From the IMG/VR virus record IMGVR_UViG_3300025869_002060, positions 1 to 64,000 of that record: a DNA stretch of 64,000 nucleotides; one strand, written 5' to 3'. Both the position numbers and the translations under genes were made by a program. The notes under the pieces are model-generated. The model saw only the letters and a program-made list of their open reading frames with translations. It had not been told where the DNA came from and searched no databases. Below are positions 17,521 to 27,135 of the stretch, piece by piece (within the stretch, counting starts at the first letter, position 1; every line of letters starts with the position of its first letter).

Positions 17521-18375
17521 ATGAAAATAGATCCAGACAAGTTTAAGCCAAGTTGGACCGGGCATAAAATTAAAGCATTGATTGTTATGGCACACCTAGC
17601 ATTCATTGGCTATTGTTTTTCAGCAGAATTTAATTGGTTGTTTGTACTCATTGGTGGACCTTTGTTATGGTTCTTTATTTCTAAGATGGGCATGGAAGTT
17701 GGTTTTCATAGATTGTTTTGCCATAAATCATTTTCAACTACACAATGGAAAGCAAGAATGCTACTGATACTTGGTACAATTTCAAGTGTAGGTAGCAGTC
17801 TAACTTGGGTAGCTACACACCGAGTACATCATAAACATGCAGATCATTTAGGTGATCCACAAAACAGTCGTAGAGATAACTCATGGTGGAAAAATTGGTT
17901 AACACTTTGGGACGACAATTGGAAATCCGAGCCGCTTATTATTAAAGATTTAATGCGTGATAAATGGCATCGTTATATACACAAACACTATTTTAAATTG
18001 GTACTTGGTTATATCTCCACACTGGGCGTTATAAGCCTGGCAGTATCTAGTTGGTATCCTATTGTTGTATTGTGGGCTTTTCCTGTTATACTAAATTTCA
18101 ATCTAGCAGGATTTTTAAATTCTCTATTTCATAACAACATAAATGGTTGGGGATTTTATAGAAATTATACTTCTGATGATGATAGCAGAAACCATGCAGT
18201 ACTAAATCTTCTTATGGCAGGTGCTGGAATGCACAACAATCATCATGGGGCTCCTGCTAGTTATACCTATAATACCAATAACAAATGGTATGAAATAGAC
18301 CCAACTGCAAAGTTTGTTAAGAAATTTTTAGCCACTGAAATTACACTACCAGACGGATCTAAAGAAAAAGTATAA
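17521..18375 (+). CDS. membrane fatty-acid desaturase #5
   Basis: HRLFCH, HRVHH, GMHNNHH; start at ATG 17521. Confidence 0.9.
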   Translation: MKIDPDKFKPSWTGHKIKALIVMAHLAFIGYCFSAEFNWLFVLIGGPLLWFFISKMGMEVGFHRLFCHKSFSTTQWKARMLLILGTISSVGSSLTWVATHRVHHKHADHLGDPQNSRRDNSWWKNWLTLWDDNWKSEPLIIKDLMRDKWHRYIHKHYFKLVLGYISTLGVISLAVSSWYPIVVLWAFPVILNFNLAGFLNSLFHNNINGWGFYRNYTSDDDSRNHAVLNLLMAGAGMHNNHHGAPASYTYNTNNKWYEIDPTAKFVKKFLATEITLPDGSKEKV

Positions 18376-18422
18376 ACGACTCAATCTATAATTACTAGTA
18401 TTAATCAACTTAGGAAATTTCA

Positions 18423-19121
18423 ATGACTGGTACATATAGAGCTGAACTAATACCCACGGCAGAAGTTCGCTCAAACAAAAACCTACAAAAAAAATTACTT
18501 TCTATTATTACAGGCCGCAATCGGTTAATGGGTGCGTCGGTCACTGATAACTCTCATGCTGTCAGAGAGTTTGCAGGACTATTGGTCGAAAAGACAAAGC
18601 AAGGTTTTGATTCTAGATTTCATACATGGGCATTAGCATATCACAATGATGAAACTGATCCATGTGGATTCTTTGTATGTGGTAGTATTCATGATTTACC
18701 AATTTGGACAATACAAAGTGTGAGTTTTGCCAATGCACAAAAAAGAAATGATTGGTCAAAAGGACATCCTTTTGTAACAACTCTTGATGCACTTGGTGAC
18801 AAGATGATCTCTGACAGAGTATATGATTTATTGTGGATGAATCCTGATCGTCCAGCAATACGTAAACAATGGAAAAGTGGTTTTGACATGATGCGTTACT
18901 GTCCAAGTTTTTACGATTCAGAAAAACAGCAATATAAATGGCATAGGTATATTGAAGGAGTAGTCAAACAAGGCGAAACTCATCCTATTGAACAGTACCA
19001 TAAACAAATACTACAAGATAGACCAGCACTGGTTGATGTTGCAATTAGACATTTTGTTTTAAAAAATGAATACAGACAAGAATGGAATGCAGTGTCCGAC
19101 TGGTGGCCCAATAATGACTAA
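18423..19121 (+). CDS. hypothetical protein
   Basis: 232-aa soluble ORF between the desaturase array and the TRAP operon. Confidence 0.65.
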   Translation: MTGTYRAELIPTAEVRSNKNLQKKLLSIITGRNRLMGASVTDNSHAVREFAGLLVEKTKQGFDSRFHTWALAYHNDETDPCGFFVCGSIHDLPIWTIQSVSFANAQKRNDWSKGHPFVTTLDALGDKMISDRVYDLLWMNPDRPAIRKQWKSGFDMMRYCPSFYDSEKQQYKWHRYIEGVVKQGETHPIEQYHKQILQDRPALVDVAIRHFVLKNEYRQEWNAVSDWWPNND

Positions 19122-19569
19122 GTTAGTTAATTACTATAGCTGGTTTGTTCTAGCAATGGTATTACTAATTGTTACCAATGTATTAGGTCGTTACTTCTTT
19201 GATCTTAGATTTGATTTTGCAGTCGACGTGAGTTGGCAGTTGTATGGAATAATGATTATAATGGGTTGTAGTCATGCATTATCAACAGACTCGCATATAA
19301 GAACTGACGTATACTGGAACAAATTCAGTGATAAAGTTAAAGCTCGTATTGATTTTGTAAGTTATCTAATTTTATTTTTTCCTGCTATCAGTATACTCAC
19401 ATACAAAAGTATTTTTGATACTATAAGAAGTGTAGCACAAAACGAAACAAGCAGTGCAACAATGGCTCAACTCATAGTATGGCCATTGAAGATAGGAATT
19501 ACATTAGGATTAATATTATTACTGTATCAAGGTGCAGTAAACACAAGAAAGTGTTTTAAAAGATGTTAG
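19114..19569 (+). CDS. dctQ: TRAP transporter small permease
   Basis: Four TM helices; VLGRYFF, HIRTD motifs. Confidence 0.85.
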   Translation: MTKLVNYYSWFVLAMVLLIVTNVLGRYFFDLRFDFAVDVSWQLYGIMIIMGCSHALSTDSHIRTDVYWNKFSDKVKARIDFVSYLILFFPAISILTYKSIFDTIRSVAQNETSSATMAQLIVWPLKIGITLGLILLLYQGAVNTRKCFKRC

Positions 19570-20942
19570 CCATTGTAATGTTAGTGGCAATGATTGCCGG
19601 CATATTTGTAGGTGTTCCAGTAGCATTTACTCTCTTATTTTTAGCACTAGGTTTTGGCTACATCACAATGGGAGAAAATGTATTTGATTTAGCCTATTAT
19701 AATTTAATAGGTGGGCTTAGTGACGAAGTGTTCATGGCAATACCAATGTTTATATTCATGGGTTATGTTGCTGAACGGGCAGGTTTGGTAGAAGGATTGT
19801 TTGACAGTCTTAAACGTATGCTAAGTGGAATCAAAGGAAGTTTGTACTATGTTGTTATTGTAATTGCTATTCTTATCAGTCTGGCTACAGGTGTAGTTGG
19901 TGCCAGTGTGACCTTACTGGGTATTATGGCCGCGCCGCACATGATGCGGTTGGGTTACGATCACAAATTAAGTGCTGGTGTAATTGCCGCCGGAGGATCA
20001 ATGATTATTATTCCTCCAAGTGTTCCTTTAATTGTTATGGCACCAACAATGAATGTTAGTATTGTTGATCTATATGCGGCTGTAATGGGTCCAGGATTGA
20101 TGATTGCTTTTATGTTTATGGTTTATTGTGCCTATCAAGTTAGACGATATCCTGAACTAGCACCAGCAACAGAACATGAACCTGTTCCGTGGACCTTGTA
20201 TACTAGATTAATACTTGATGTTTTTCCATTGGCTTTCTTAATAGCAGTTACATTAGGCAGTATGTTATTTGGACTAGCAACCAGTACAGAAGCAGGATCA
20301 TTTGGAGCCGCAGGTGCTCTAATACTTGCTCTTGCCAATAGAAGTTTAACCTGGGAAAGATTGCAAGAGGCTATGTTAAAAACAACAAGCACAAGTGCCG
20401 TTGTTATGTTACTTGCTATAGCCTCAACTATTTTTGGTGCAGTTTTTACAGGATTGGGCGGGGACAATATTATTGTTGATGCTCTTAATAGTTTACCAAT
20501 ACCAACTTGGGCACTGGTAGGCACAATACTTGTATTGTGTCATATACTAGGCTGGCCGTTTGAATGGCCTGTAGTGGTACTGGTTTTTTTACCGATGTTT
20601 ATGCCCATCCTGGTAAATAACAACGTCGACATGTTGTGGTTTGGAGCCGCACTAGGGATAGTGATACAAACGGCCTACCTAACTCCTCCTGTTGCACTTA
20701 CATCATATTATTTAAAACAAGTTGTTCCTTCCTGGGATTTAACTATGATATTTAAATCTATGATGCCTTTTATGTGGATTCAAGTTTTAGCAGTCTGCAT
20801 ATTATTCCTAACCCCTAGTATCGCCACCTGGTTTCCAAAATATTTGGACCATCAGAGGCAGGTACTAAATAATTCTGTTACAGGAGAGAAACCTGTAGGA
20901 GAAATAGATTTCTTATCAAAGAGCAAGTCAAAATCAAATTAA
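19563..20942 (+). CDS. dctM: TRAP transporter large permease
   Basis: AIPMFIFMG, IIPPS(V)PLIV, YLTPPV motifs; about 12 TM. Confidence 0.92.
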   Translation: MLAIVMLVAMIAGIFVGVPVAFTLLFLALGFGYITMGENVFDLAYYNLIGGLSDEVFMAIPMFIFMGYVAERAGLVEGLFDSLKRMLSGIKGSLYYVVIVIAILISLATGVVGASVTLLGIMAAPHMMRLGYDHKLSAGVIAAGGSMIIIPPSVPLIVMAPTMNVSIVDLYAAVMGPGLMIAFMFMVYCAYQVRRYPELAPATEHEPVPWTLYTRLILDVFPLAFLIAVTLGSMLFGLATSTEAGSFGAAGALILALANRSLTWERLQEAMLKTTSTSAVVMLLAIASTIFGAVFTGLGGDNIIVDALNSLPIPTWALVGTILVLCHILGWPFEWPVVVLVFLPMFMPILVNNNVDMLWFGAALGIVIQTAYLTPPVALTSYYLKQVVPSWDLTMIFKSMMPFMWIQVLAVCILFLTPSIATWFPKYLDHQRQVLNNSVTGEKPVGEIDFLSKSKSKSN

Positions 20943-20956
20943 AGGAGATATTTTGG

Positions 20957-22048
20957 ATGAAAAAGACTTTAGTAGGAAGTATTGTAGCTGGTGCATTAGC
21001 TTTGTTTTCAACAGGCGTACTAGCAGATGATACAAAAACTTTAAAAATTGCAAGTTCCTACCCAGCAGTAAGCACACTTACTGATCAAGCAACTTTTATT
21101 GCAGATCGTGTTAAGACACTTACTGAAGGAAAGGTAATTATGGAATTTAAACCAGCTGGCGCATTAGTTCCAGCATTCCAAGTACTTGATGCAACAGCAT
21201 CTGGTGCGGCTGACGGAGCATGGACTCAGTCATATTACTGGGTTGGTAAAGATAAAACTTTATCGTTATTCAACTCACCCTTAGGTGGACCATACGGTAT
21301 GGACGGTATGGATTTCTTAGGCTGGATGTTCCACGGTGGCGGACTTGATCTATACAGAACTTTCTACAAGGATGTTTTAAAATTAGATGTTGTTCCTTTT
21401 CCAGTTATGCCAGCACAGAATCAGCCATTAGGTTGGTTTCATCGCCCAATTAAAGATCTAGCAGATCTAAAAAACTTTAAATGTCGTCAAACAGGTATTA
21501 ACGTAGAACTGTATGCTCGTATGGGTATGCAGACTATTGGTATGCCAGGTGGTGAGATTGCCGCCGCAGGGCGTAAAGGTGTTATTAATTGTGCAGAATT
21601 TGTTGGTGGTTTAGAAGATCAACGCATGGGCTTCAGCAAAATTTGGAAGTATTACTATCTAAACAGTTTGCATGAGCATTCAAACACAGGCGATTTACTA
21701 CTCAATGGTAAAGTATGGCGTAGCCTTTCAAAGCAACAGCAGACAGCAATTCGTTCTGCCGCTTATGAATCATATCTATGGTGGATGACTGACATGCAAG
21801 GTAAAAACGGTCAAGCACTAGCAGAAATGATTGAACAAGATGGAGTTAAAGTTATGAAAACTCCAGCAGATATCATTGAAGCAGAGTTAAAGACTATTGA
21901 TGCTATGTTAGCTGAAGAGAGTGCAAAGAACCCTTGGTTTGCTAAAGTACTTGCTTCACAAAAAGCATGGGCAAAGAAAGTTGTACCATTTAAGAACGTT
22001 GCGTTTACACCTTATAACTATGCCGCAGATTACTACTGGGGCAATTAA
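20957..22048 (+). CDS. dctP: TRAP substrate-binding protein (DctP/TakP-like)
   Basis: Signal peptide; PAGALVPAFQVLDA, YYWVGK, QPLGWF motifs; AAGGAG SD. Confidence 0.9.
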   Translation: MKKTLVGSIVAGALALFSTGVLADDTKTLKIASSYPAVSTLTDQATFIADRVKTLTEGKVIMEFKPAGALVPAFQVLDATASGAADGAWTQSYYWVGKDKTLSLFNSPLGGPYGMDGMDFLGWMFHGGGLDLYRTFYKDVLKLDVVPFPVMPAQNQPLGWFHRPIKDLADLKNFKCRQTGINVELYARMGMQTIGMPGGEIAAAGRKGVINCAEFVGGLEDQRMGFSKIWKYYYLNSLHEHSNTGDLLLNGKVWRSLSKQQQTAIRSAAYESYLWWMTDMQGKNGQALAEMIEQDGVKVMKTPADIIEAELKTIDAMLAEESAKNPWFAKVLASQKAWAKKVVPFKNVAFTPYNYAADYYWGN

Positions 22049-22073
22049 GTTTTAAACAAAACTAAGTTATTAG

Positions 22074-22099
22074 AAAAGGGCCGTTGGCCCTTTTCTTTT
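22074..22099 (+). terminator. intrinsic terminator
   Basis: AAAAGGGCC-GTT-GGCCCTTTTCTTTT. Confidence 0.75.
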
Positions 22100-22261
22100 G
22101 ACTGAATTTTCTCACGTATAAATAGTGTTAGCAACGCCCATTAGTGGACGTCGGATACCTTGGACGCTTTGGTAATCATAAACCATTTATCTAGTTGACT
22201 AGTAACGCCCTTCCGTGTATAGTGTGAGAGTACTATTAGCATTAACTTTTAGGTATCACGC

Positions 22262-23443
22262 ATGTTCACATCTCTTCAGCACCCTGACCGATATGGTTAT
22301 TATCAAATTGGTAATCGACGTACTTACAGTAAACTAGAGTTCGTTGATTATCTTAATCAATATCCTGCAGACTGGCATTGGGATTACAACGATGCATTCT
22401 TTAGCAGTTTTGATTGGGCAACAGAACCCGCAGAAGATATCAACACACTATATCGTAAGCGAGCAGAAGCACTACGAGAACAATACGATTACGTTGTTCT
22501 CTTCTATTCGGGTGGATACGACAGTTCGAATATGCTATATGCATTTTTGGATAACGGAATTCCTATAGATGAAATCTGTACGTACTATGCAAGTCAGGAT
22601 ACATTCACAGGACAAAAAATAGAACTTGATAATTTTACCTGGCAGAAACTAGATGCCATTGAAAAGAAATATCCCAATATAAAGATCACACGTTGGGATT
22701 ACGGAGATGAATTTTTTAATTGGTCTGACAAAATTAAACAAGCAGGCGCCGGCGCTAACATGGTAGAAATGATAGCAGGAGGACTGATTTCTATTAACCG
22801 TATTGTATTAGATTTTGGTCATGAATATGTTCCACACTGGAAGAAGTTGCTCATGCAAGGCAAAAAGGTTGCATGGGTACACGGTGCAGATAAACCTATG
22901 TTGCGATATCACAACGATACGTGGAAATTTAACTTTCATGATGGAATAATCAATGGTCGATTAACTCCAGTACGGCAAATACTTGATCAAGGTGATATTG
23001 GAAATATTGAATTATTCTATTGGGCTCCCGATGCGACTTGTGCAAATATTATTATCAAACAATGTCATTTACTTAAAAATTATTACACCCCACAAGCAAA
23101 GATAGACTTTTCTAAAATACCAGGTGTTAAAAAGCATAATATTGAATATGGTTGGGAAATAGATAATATCTCACTTGACTTTGTTAAACAACTATATCCA
23201 AGACTATTCTCTGGTAACTTGATTTTACCAAATGAAAATTGGTCAACGATTAAAAGTGCCCGCAGTATGTTTGGCAACAGAGATCATTGGTTCACACAAT
23301 TAAACCATCATGCAGTAGATGAGTTTCATCGAATGTGGAAAGGAGCAAATAGCTCAATACATTCTCATTGGCATGATTGGTTCCACAACGGCACTATCGA
23401 AAGCGGTATTCGTAGTTGCATTACACAAGATTATATTATATGA
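22262..23443 (+). CDS. PP-loop (N-type ATP pyrophosphatase superfamily) protein
   Basis: VLFYSGGYDS motif (SGGxDS). Confidence 0.6.
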   Translation: MFTSLQHPDRYGYYQIGNRRTYSKLEFVDYLNQYPADWHWDYNDAFFSSFDWATEPAEDINTLYRKRAEALREQYDYVVLFYSGGYDSSNMLYAFLDNGIPIDEICTYYASQDTFTGQKIELDNFTWQKLDAIEKKYPNIKITRWDYGDEFFNWSDKIKQAGAGANMVEMIAGGLISINRIVLDFGHEYVPHWKKLLMQGKKVAWVHGADKPMLRYHNDTWKFNFHDGIINGRLTPVRQILDQGDIGNIELFYWAPDATCANIIIKQCHLLKNYYTPQAKIDFSKIPGVKKHNIEYGWEIDNISLDFVKQLYPRLFSGNLILPNENWSTIKSARSMFGNRDHWFTQLNHHAVDEFHRMWKGANSSIHSHWHDWFHNGTIESGIRSCITQDYII

Positions 23444-24708
23444 TTGAAGTTGTAATTGCATTAGCGGCCGGAATATGTGCAGGTGTGTTTGCTGGGTTAA
23501 TACCCGGTGTTCCAATTATGATGGGCTTTATGCTTTTCTTGCCAATGGTCAGTGCTGATGCATTTTGTTTAAGTTTGTATGGAGTGGTAATGACTCTTGG
23601 TACACAGTTCTTTGGTAGCCAAGCAGTATTGTATTATCGTATTCCTGGGGAAACCAGCAGTTTCCCCACATTAATTGAAAGCAAAAACTTTACAACACCT
23701 GAACAACTACGTCATACTATACAAGTGACAACCTGGGGCAGTCTTGTTGCAACTATAATTGCATTGTTGCTATTATCGTTGGCTCTTACAAGTGGTGCAT
23801 TAGATTGGGTCAAGCTCAGCATTGAATTTAGAGGTCTTGTGTTTGCATTGCTTATTGGTATGTGTATATTTGGTAATGGTCATGCATTGGCAAATATTGT
23901 TATTCTTGGTCTAGCAAGTTTCTTTGCATTCTACGAAGACATTGCTCCGCTAACAGGATTTATGCCTACCTACTACTTTAGCAGTATGTTGTCTCTTATT
24001 ATTATCTTCGCAATGCAGTTGGTATGGAATAGTTCTGACAGGTTTAAAACATACTCAGTTGGAACACATTCAACGTTTAAACTACGCGAGTGGTTGCCTT
24101 TTTATGCAAAATATGGATCTCTTGGAACCGTGTTTGGACTGGTACCACAACTAGGTGCTACCTTTAGCAGTTATCTTACTTACTCGTGGTTAAAGAAGAA
24201 TAATGCCAGTCCGACACACAGAGTTGCCGGAGCAGAAACAGCGAATAACGGAGCAATAGTATTTCAATGGTTTCCGTTGTTTTTGTTTGGTATTCCAATT
24301 ACAGGCAGTGAGATAATGCTAGTATCTCATTTTAATCAATTAGGACTTGATTTTAGTTTTCTTAAAGACTGGACTCAAGTTGCATGGCTTGCAGGATTGA
24401 TCGCACTAGCAGGATTAATCTACACTAGAATTTGCTTAACGACGAATCAATTACTTTATAAAGTGGTTGGAAGAGCATTGAGCTCACGTTACCTCACAAT
24501 CGCTATTGCGTTTGGAAGCATGTACTTATTTTATTGGGTTGGTAATTACACTGCTAAGTTTATGTTAATCCATTTAATGATTTTCATTCCGGTCAGTTGG
24601 ATAGTAGCTAAATTAAAAGTAAACCTATTAGCAGTTACTATTGGAATGATATTGATGAGTGAGATACTTCTTACTTTTTATCAACTGTTACAAATTCACA
24701 TTCTATAA
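23440..24708 (+). CDS. tripartite tricarboxylate transporter TctA-like permease
   Basis: G..AGLIPG, IPGETSS, VAGAETANNGA, GIP motifs; multi-TM. Confidence 0.75.
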   Translation: MIEVVIALAAGICAGVFAGLIPGVPIMMGFMLFLPMVSADAFCLSLYGVVMTLGTQFFGSQAVLYYRIPGETSSFPTLIESKNFTTPEQLRHTIQVTTWGSLVATIIALLLLSLALTSGALDWVKLSIEFRGLVFALLIGMCIFGNGHALANIVILGLASFFAFYEDIAPLTGFMPTYYFSSMLSLIIIFAMQLVWNSSDRFKTYSVGTHSTFKLREWLPFYAKYGSLGTVFGLVPQLGATFSSYLTYSWLKKNNASPTHRVAGAETANNGAIVFQWFPLFLFGIPITGSEIMLVSHFNQLGLDFSFLKDWTQVAWLAGLIALAGLIYTRICLTTNQLLYKVVGRALSSRYLTIAIAFGSMYLFYWVGNYTAKFMLIHLMIFIPVSWIVAKLKVNLLAVTIGMILMSEILLTFYQLLQIHIL

Positions 24709-24719
24709 GGAGAATTAAA

Positions 24720-25550
24720 GTGAAAAAATTACTAATTGCCGCAACGATGTTGTGTTTGCCGTTTACAGCAAATGCCGCAGATATTATTCCTACTGCAAAC
24801 CTCAAAGGTCCACAAGGAAAAATAGTACAGAATATTATTGCTAATTCTGTAACAACAAAGTTTGTAGCAAAGCAAACAGGTGGATGTGGAGAAGCCGTAG
24901 CAACATTTGAATCTGCTACAGGTCCTGTTGCTATTATATGGAGTAACTCCATGTACAGGAATAGCAAGAAGGCAAACCAAAATTGTATTATCAAACACGA
25001 TGAAGCCAGATCTGTTATGCAGGCTCGTGTACCATACGACATTTGTGTTACAAAAGGAGTCAACCTAGTTAAAGGCACTGACATGGCTTTTGGCAATAAC
25101 AAGTTTAATCCACAAATTGACCAACTTGAAGATCTTAACACAAACGGATTGGGTATTGAGTTTAGAACTGTTACATATAGAGGCAGTGGCCCAGTAGCCG
25201 CCGCAGTTGGCAATGGAGATGTTAATATTGGAATTATTGCAACTCCAAGTGCAAAGAAAGCAATTGAAGCAGGAAGTATTCAATGCTTGTATTCAACAGG
25301 ATCAGACCGTTACGGTCAACTGCCAATGTCAGAGTTTGTTCCTGGTACAAAACTTGCTAACTACAATCTTGGTATGATGGTGTTTACTCGTAACATGAGC
25401 AAAGCAGATCACGCCGCATTGGTTTCAGAACTTGAGCCACTCGAAGAAGCTCTAGTAATGCAAGACATGTTTGATGTCAAAGTTGATCTCGAAGATGCAG
25501 ATACTAAAGCATTTATTGAAGAAGCAAAGAGCTTAGAAAACACTAACTAA
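24720..25550 (+). CDS. TctC/Bug-like periplasmic substrate-binding protein (divergent)
   Basis: Signal peptide; VTYRGSGPVAAAVGNGDV resembles the Bug/TctC 'PYKGGGPA..DL.GG.V' segment; adjacent to TctA. Confidence 0.6.
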   Translation: MKKLLIAATMLCLPFTANAADIIPTANLKGPQGKIVQNIIANSVTTKFVAKQTGGCGEAVATFESATGPVAIIWSNSMYRNSKKANQNCIIKHDEARSVMQARVPYDICVTKGVNLVKGTDMAFGNNKFNPQIDQLEDLNTNGLGIEFRTVTYRGSGPVAAAVGNGDVNIGIIATPSAKKAIEAGSIQCLYSTGSDRYGQLPMSEFVPGTKLANYNLGMMVFTRNMSKADHAALVSELEPLEEALVMQDMFDVKVDLEDADTKAFIEEAKSLENTN

Positions 25551-25573
25551 GTCTCTTTTGGTAAGATTAATAG

Positions 25574-25602
25574 TAGACCTTCTGTGGTTATAATGCTATA
25601 CT
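25574..25602 (+). promoter_or_regulatory. sigma70-like early promoter
   Basis: TAGACC-N17-TATACT. Confidence 0.55.
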
Positions 25603-25640
25603 AGTATAGTAATAACATATAATCACAGAAGGATTCTATT

Positions 25641-25823
25641 ATGACTACTATGACTACTGAACCTATGCCATTTGATTCGCTTGAAGTCCGTAAGGCTACA
25701 AACGGATTTATTTTAATTGTAAATGATATTGAAGGCGATGCACACGAATACGTGTATGACACTTCGCGTAAACTAATGAAAGTGTTAAAGGCTACACTCG
25801 AGCCAAAAAAACCAGGAGTTTAA
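25641..25823 (+). CDS. hypothetical protein
   Basis: 60 aa, AAGGA SD, downstream of a promoter. Confidence 0.6.
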   Translation: MTTMTTEPMPFDSLEVRKATNGFILIVNDIEGDAHEYVYDTSRKLMKVLKATLEPKKPGV

Positions 25824-25828
25824 CTCCA

Positions 25829-26563
25829 ATGGCAACTCTCGAAGAACAACAAAAAACCGTTGACACGATCAAACACGGATTACGTACTTACAACATATAT
25901 GTTTCTGGGTATGGTGGTGAAATGGTACTTAGCAAATGCACCAAAGAACAGTACGAATTTTGGAGCGAGTATGAAGATGATCACGAACGTGAATTTTTAG
26001 ATTATATGCTTGAAGAATGCCGACACGACGACGATCTTGAAGAAGATAATATTGAAGGGCAACCATGGGAACATGTTCCTGAATCAGCTCGATTCGAAAA
26101 CGGTATGTCATGGTATGACTTTGACGATGTTGAGCATACCAATGGTGCTACCTATAGTGGCGCATATATAACTGTTGAGTCAACAGACAGTGCTGGGAAT
26201 ATCGAAGAGGTATTTGACGGTTCAGTTGAAGACTTTGAAAGCAAGTTTAAAATTCAAAAATCTGAATTTGATTACGATAAACAAATGAATGAACTTGTTG
26301 ACAAAGACGGACACAACTATATCTTCTTTGGCATGAGTGTTGAAAAAGGTCAATTCAGTAATTTTGAATTTGAATCAATGACGCCACCGGAATGGGATCG
26401 CTTAAAATTTGATGTTATAGAATATCCAAACGGGGATAATATAATTGAAAACTTCAGGTTTGTTGATGCAAAAGGTGAAGATTCCACTGACATAGATGTA
26501 TGGGATCAAGGTGGCGATGGCACAACAGGCAAAGGATTCTATGCTGAGGTATGGGATTATTAA
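25829..26563 (+). CDS. acidic hypothetical protein
   Basis: 244-aa ORF, AGGAG SD. Confidence 0.75.
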   Translation: MATLEEQQKTVDTIKHGLRTYNIYVSGYGGEMVLSKCTKEQYEFWSEYEDDHEREFLDYMLEECRHDDDLEEDNIEGQPWEHVPESARFENGMSWYDFDDVEHTNGATYSGAYITVESTDSAGNIEEVFDGSVEDFESKFKIQKSEFDYDKQMNELVDKDGHNYIFFGMSVEKGQFSNFEFESMTPPEWDRLKFDVIEYPNGDNIIENFRFVDAKGEDSTDIDVWDQGGDGTTGKGFYAEVWDY

Positions 26564-26648
26564 TGGATCCAGACGATTTTCCTTTGATATTAGCAATGGT
26601 TGTTTCGTTAGGATTTGCAATAGCCGTGCTGGCAGGCATATTTTTAGG

Positions 26649-26677
26649 TTGACAGCATAAGTCAGACGTGTTAGTAT
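26649..26677 (+). promoter_or_regulatory. sigma70-like promoter
   Basis: TTGACA-N17-TAGTAT with an extended -10 TG. Confidence 0.6.
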
Positions 26678-26710
26678 ACGTATACTAAAACAACTAGACA
26701 GGTTATCTAG

Positions 26711-27031
26711 ATGGCTTATGCAGTTACACATTCTAAAGTACGTAACGCCTTTAATACACTGAACAAGCAAGTGTTTAGTAACCAGCTAGATTTTGAATCA
26801 GTTGAGCTGGACATAGATTTCCTGGATACAGAATGGGGATTTTGTATTCCAGAAGACGGTGAAATTATACTGGGTTTAACAGATGAATTTCCAAACCGTA
26901 AAAGTTTCGTAGACGTGCTATGTCACGAAATGATCCACCTATATCAGATAGTAAACAACCTCAACGTTGATCATAAATCTACTTTTAAAAAGTGGGCCAA
27001 GTCAGCAGAAAAACTTGGACATCATGTATGA
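26711..27031 (+). CDS. SprT-like zinc metalloprotease-domain protein
   Basis: VLCHEMIHLYQ (HExxH) and downstream H...F..WA. Confidence 0.7.
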   Translation: MAYAVTHSKVRNAFNTLNKQVFSNQLDFESVELDIDFLDTEWGFCIPEDGEIILGLTDEFPNRKSFVDVLCHEMIHLYQIVNNLNVDHKSTFKKWAKSAEKLGHHV

Positions 27032-27135
27032 GATGCTTTGGGCGATACTAGTACTAGCTATAATATTCATGTTTCCGATACTACTTCTAGTGATGTGGAA
27101 TAACGAAAATCCCCAAAAATAAACGTAAAAAATGG

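Noticed and set aside
22262-23443. QueC (7-cyano-7-deazaguanine synthase)
   Set aside because: It has SGGxDS but is much longer than QueC and lacks the C-terminal Cys zinc cluster.
19114-25550. Bacterial chromosome or prophage flank rather than phage DNA
   Set aside because: Composition, gene packing and TATAAATA boxes continue unchanged through the region, and it is flanked by phage genes; a chimera cannot be fully excluded without reads.
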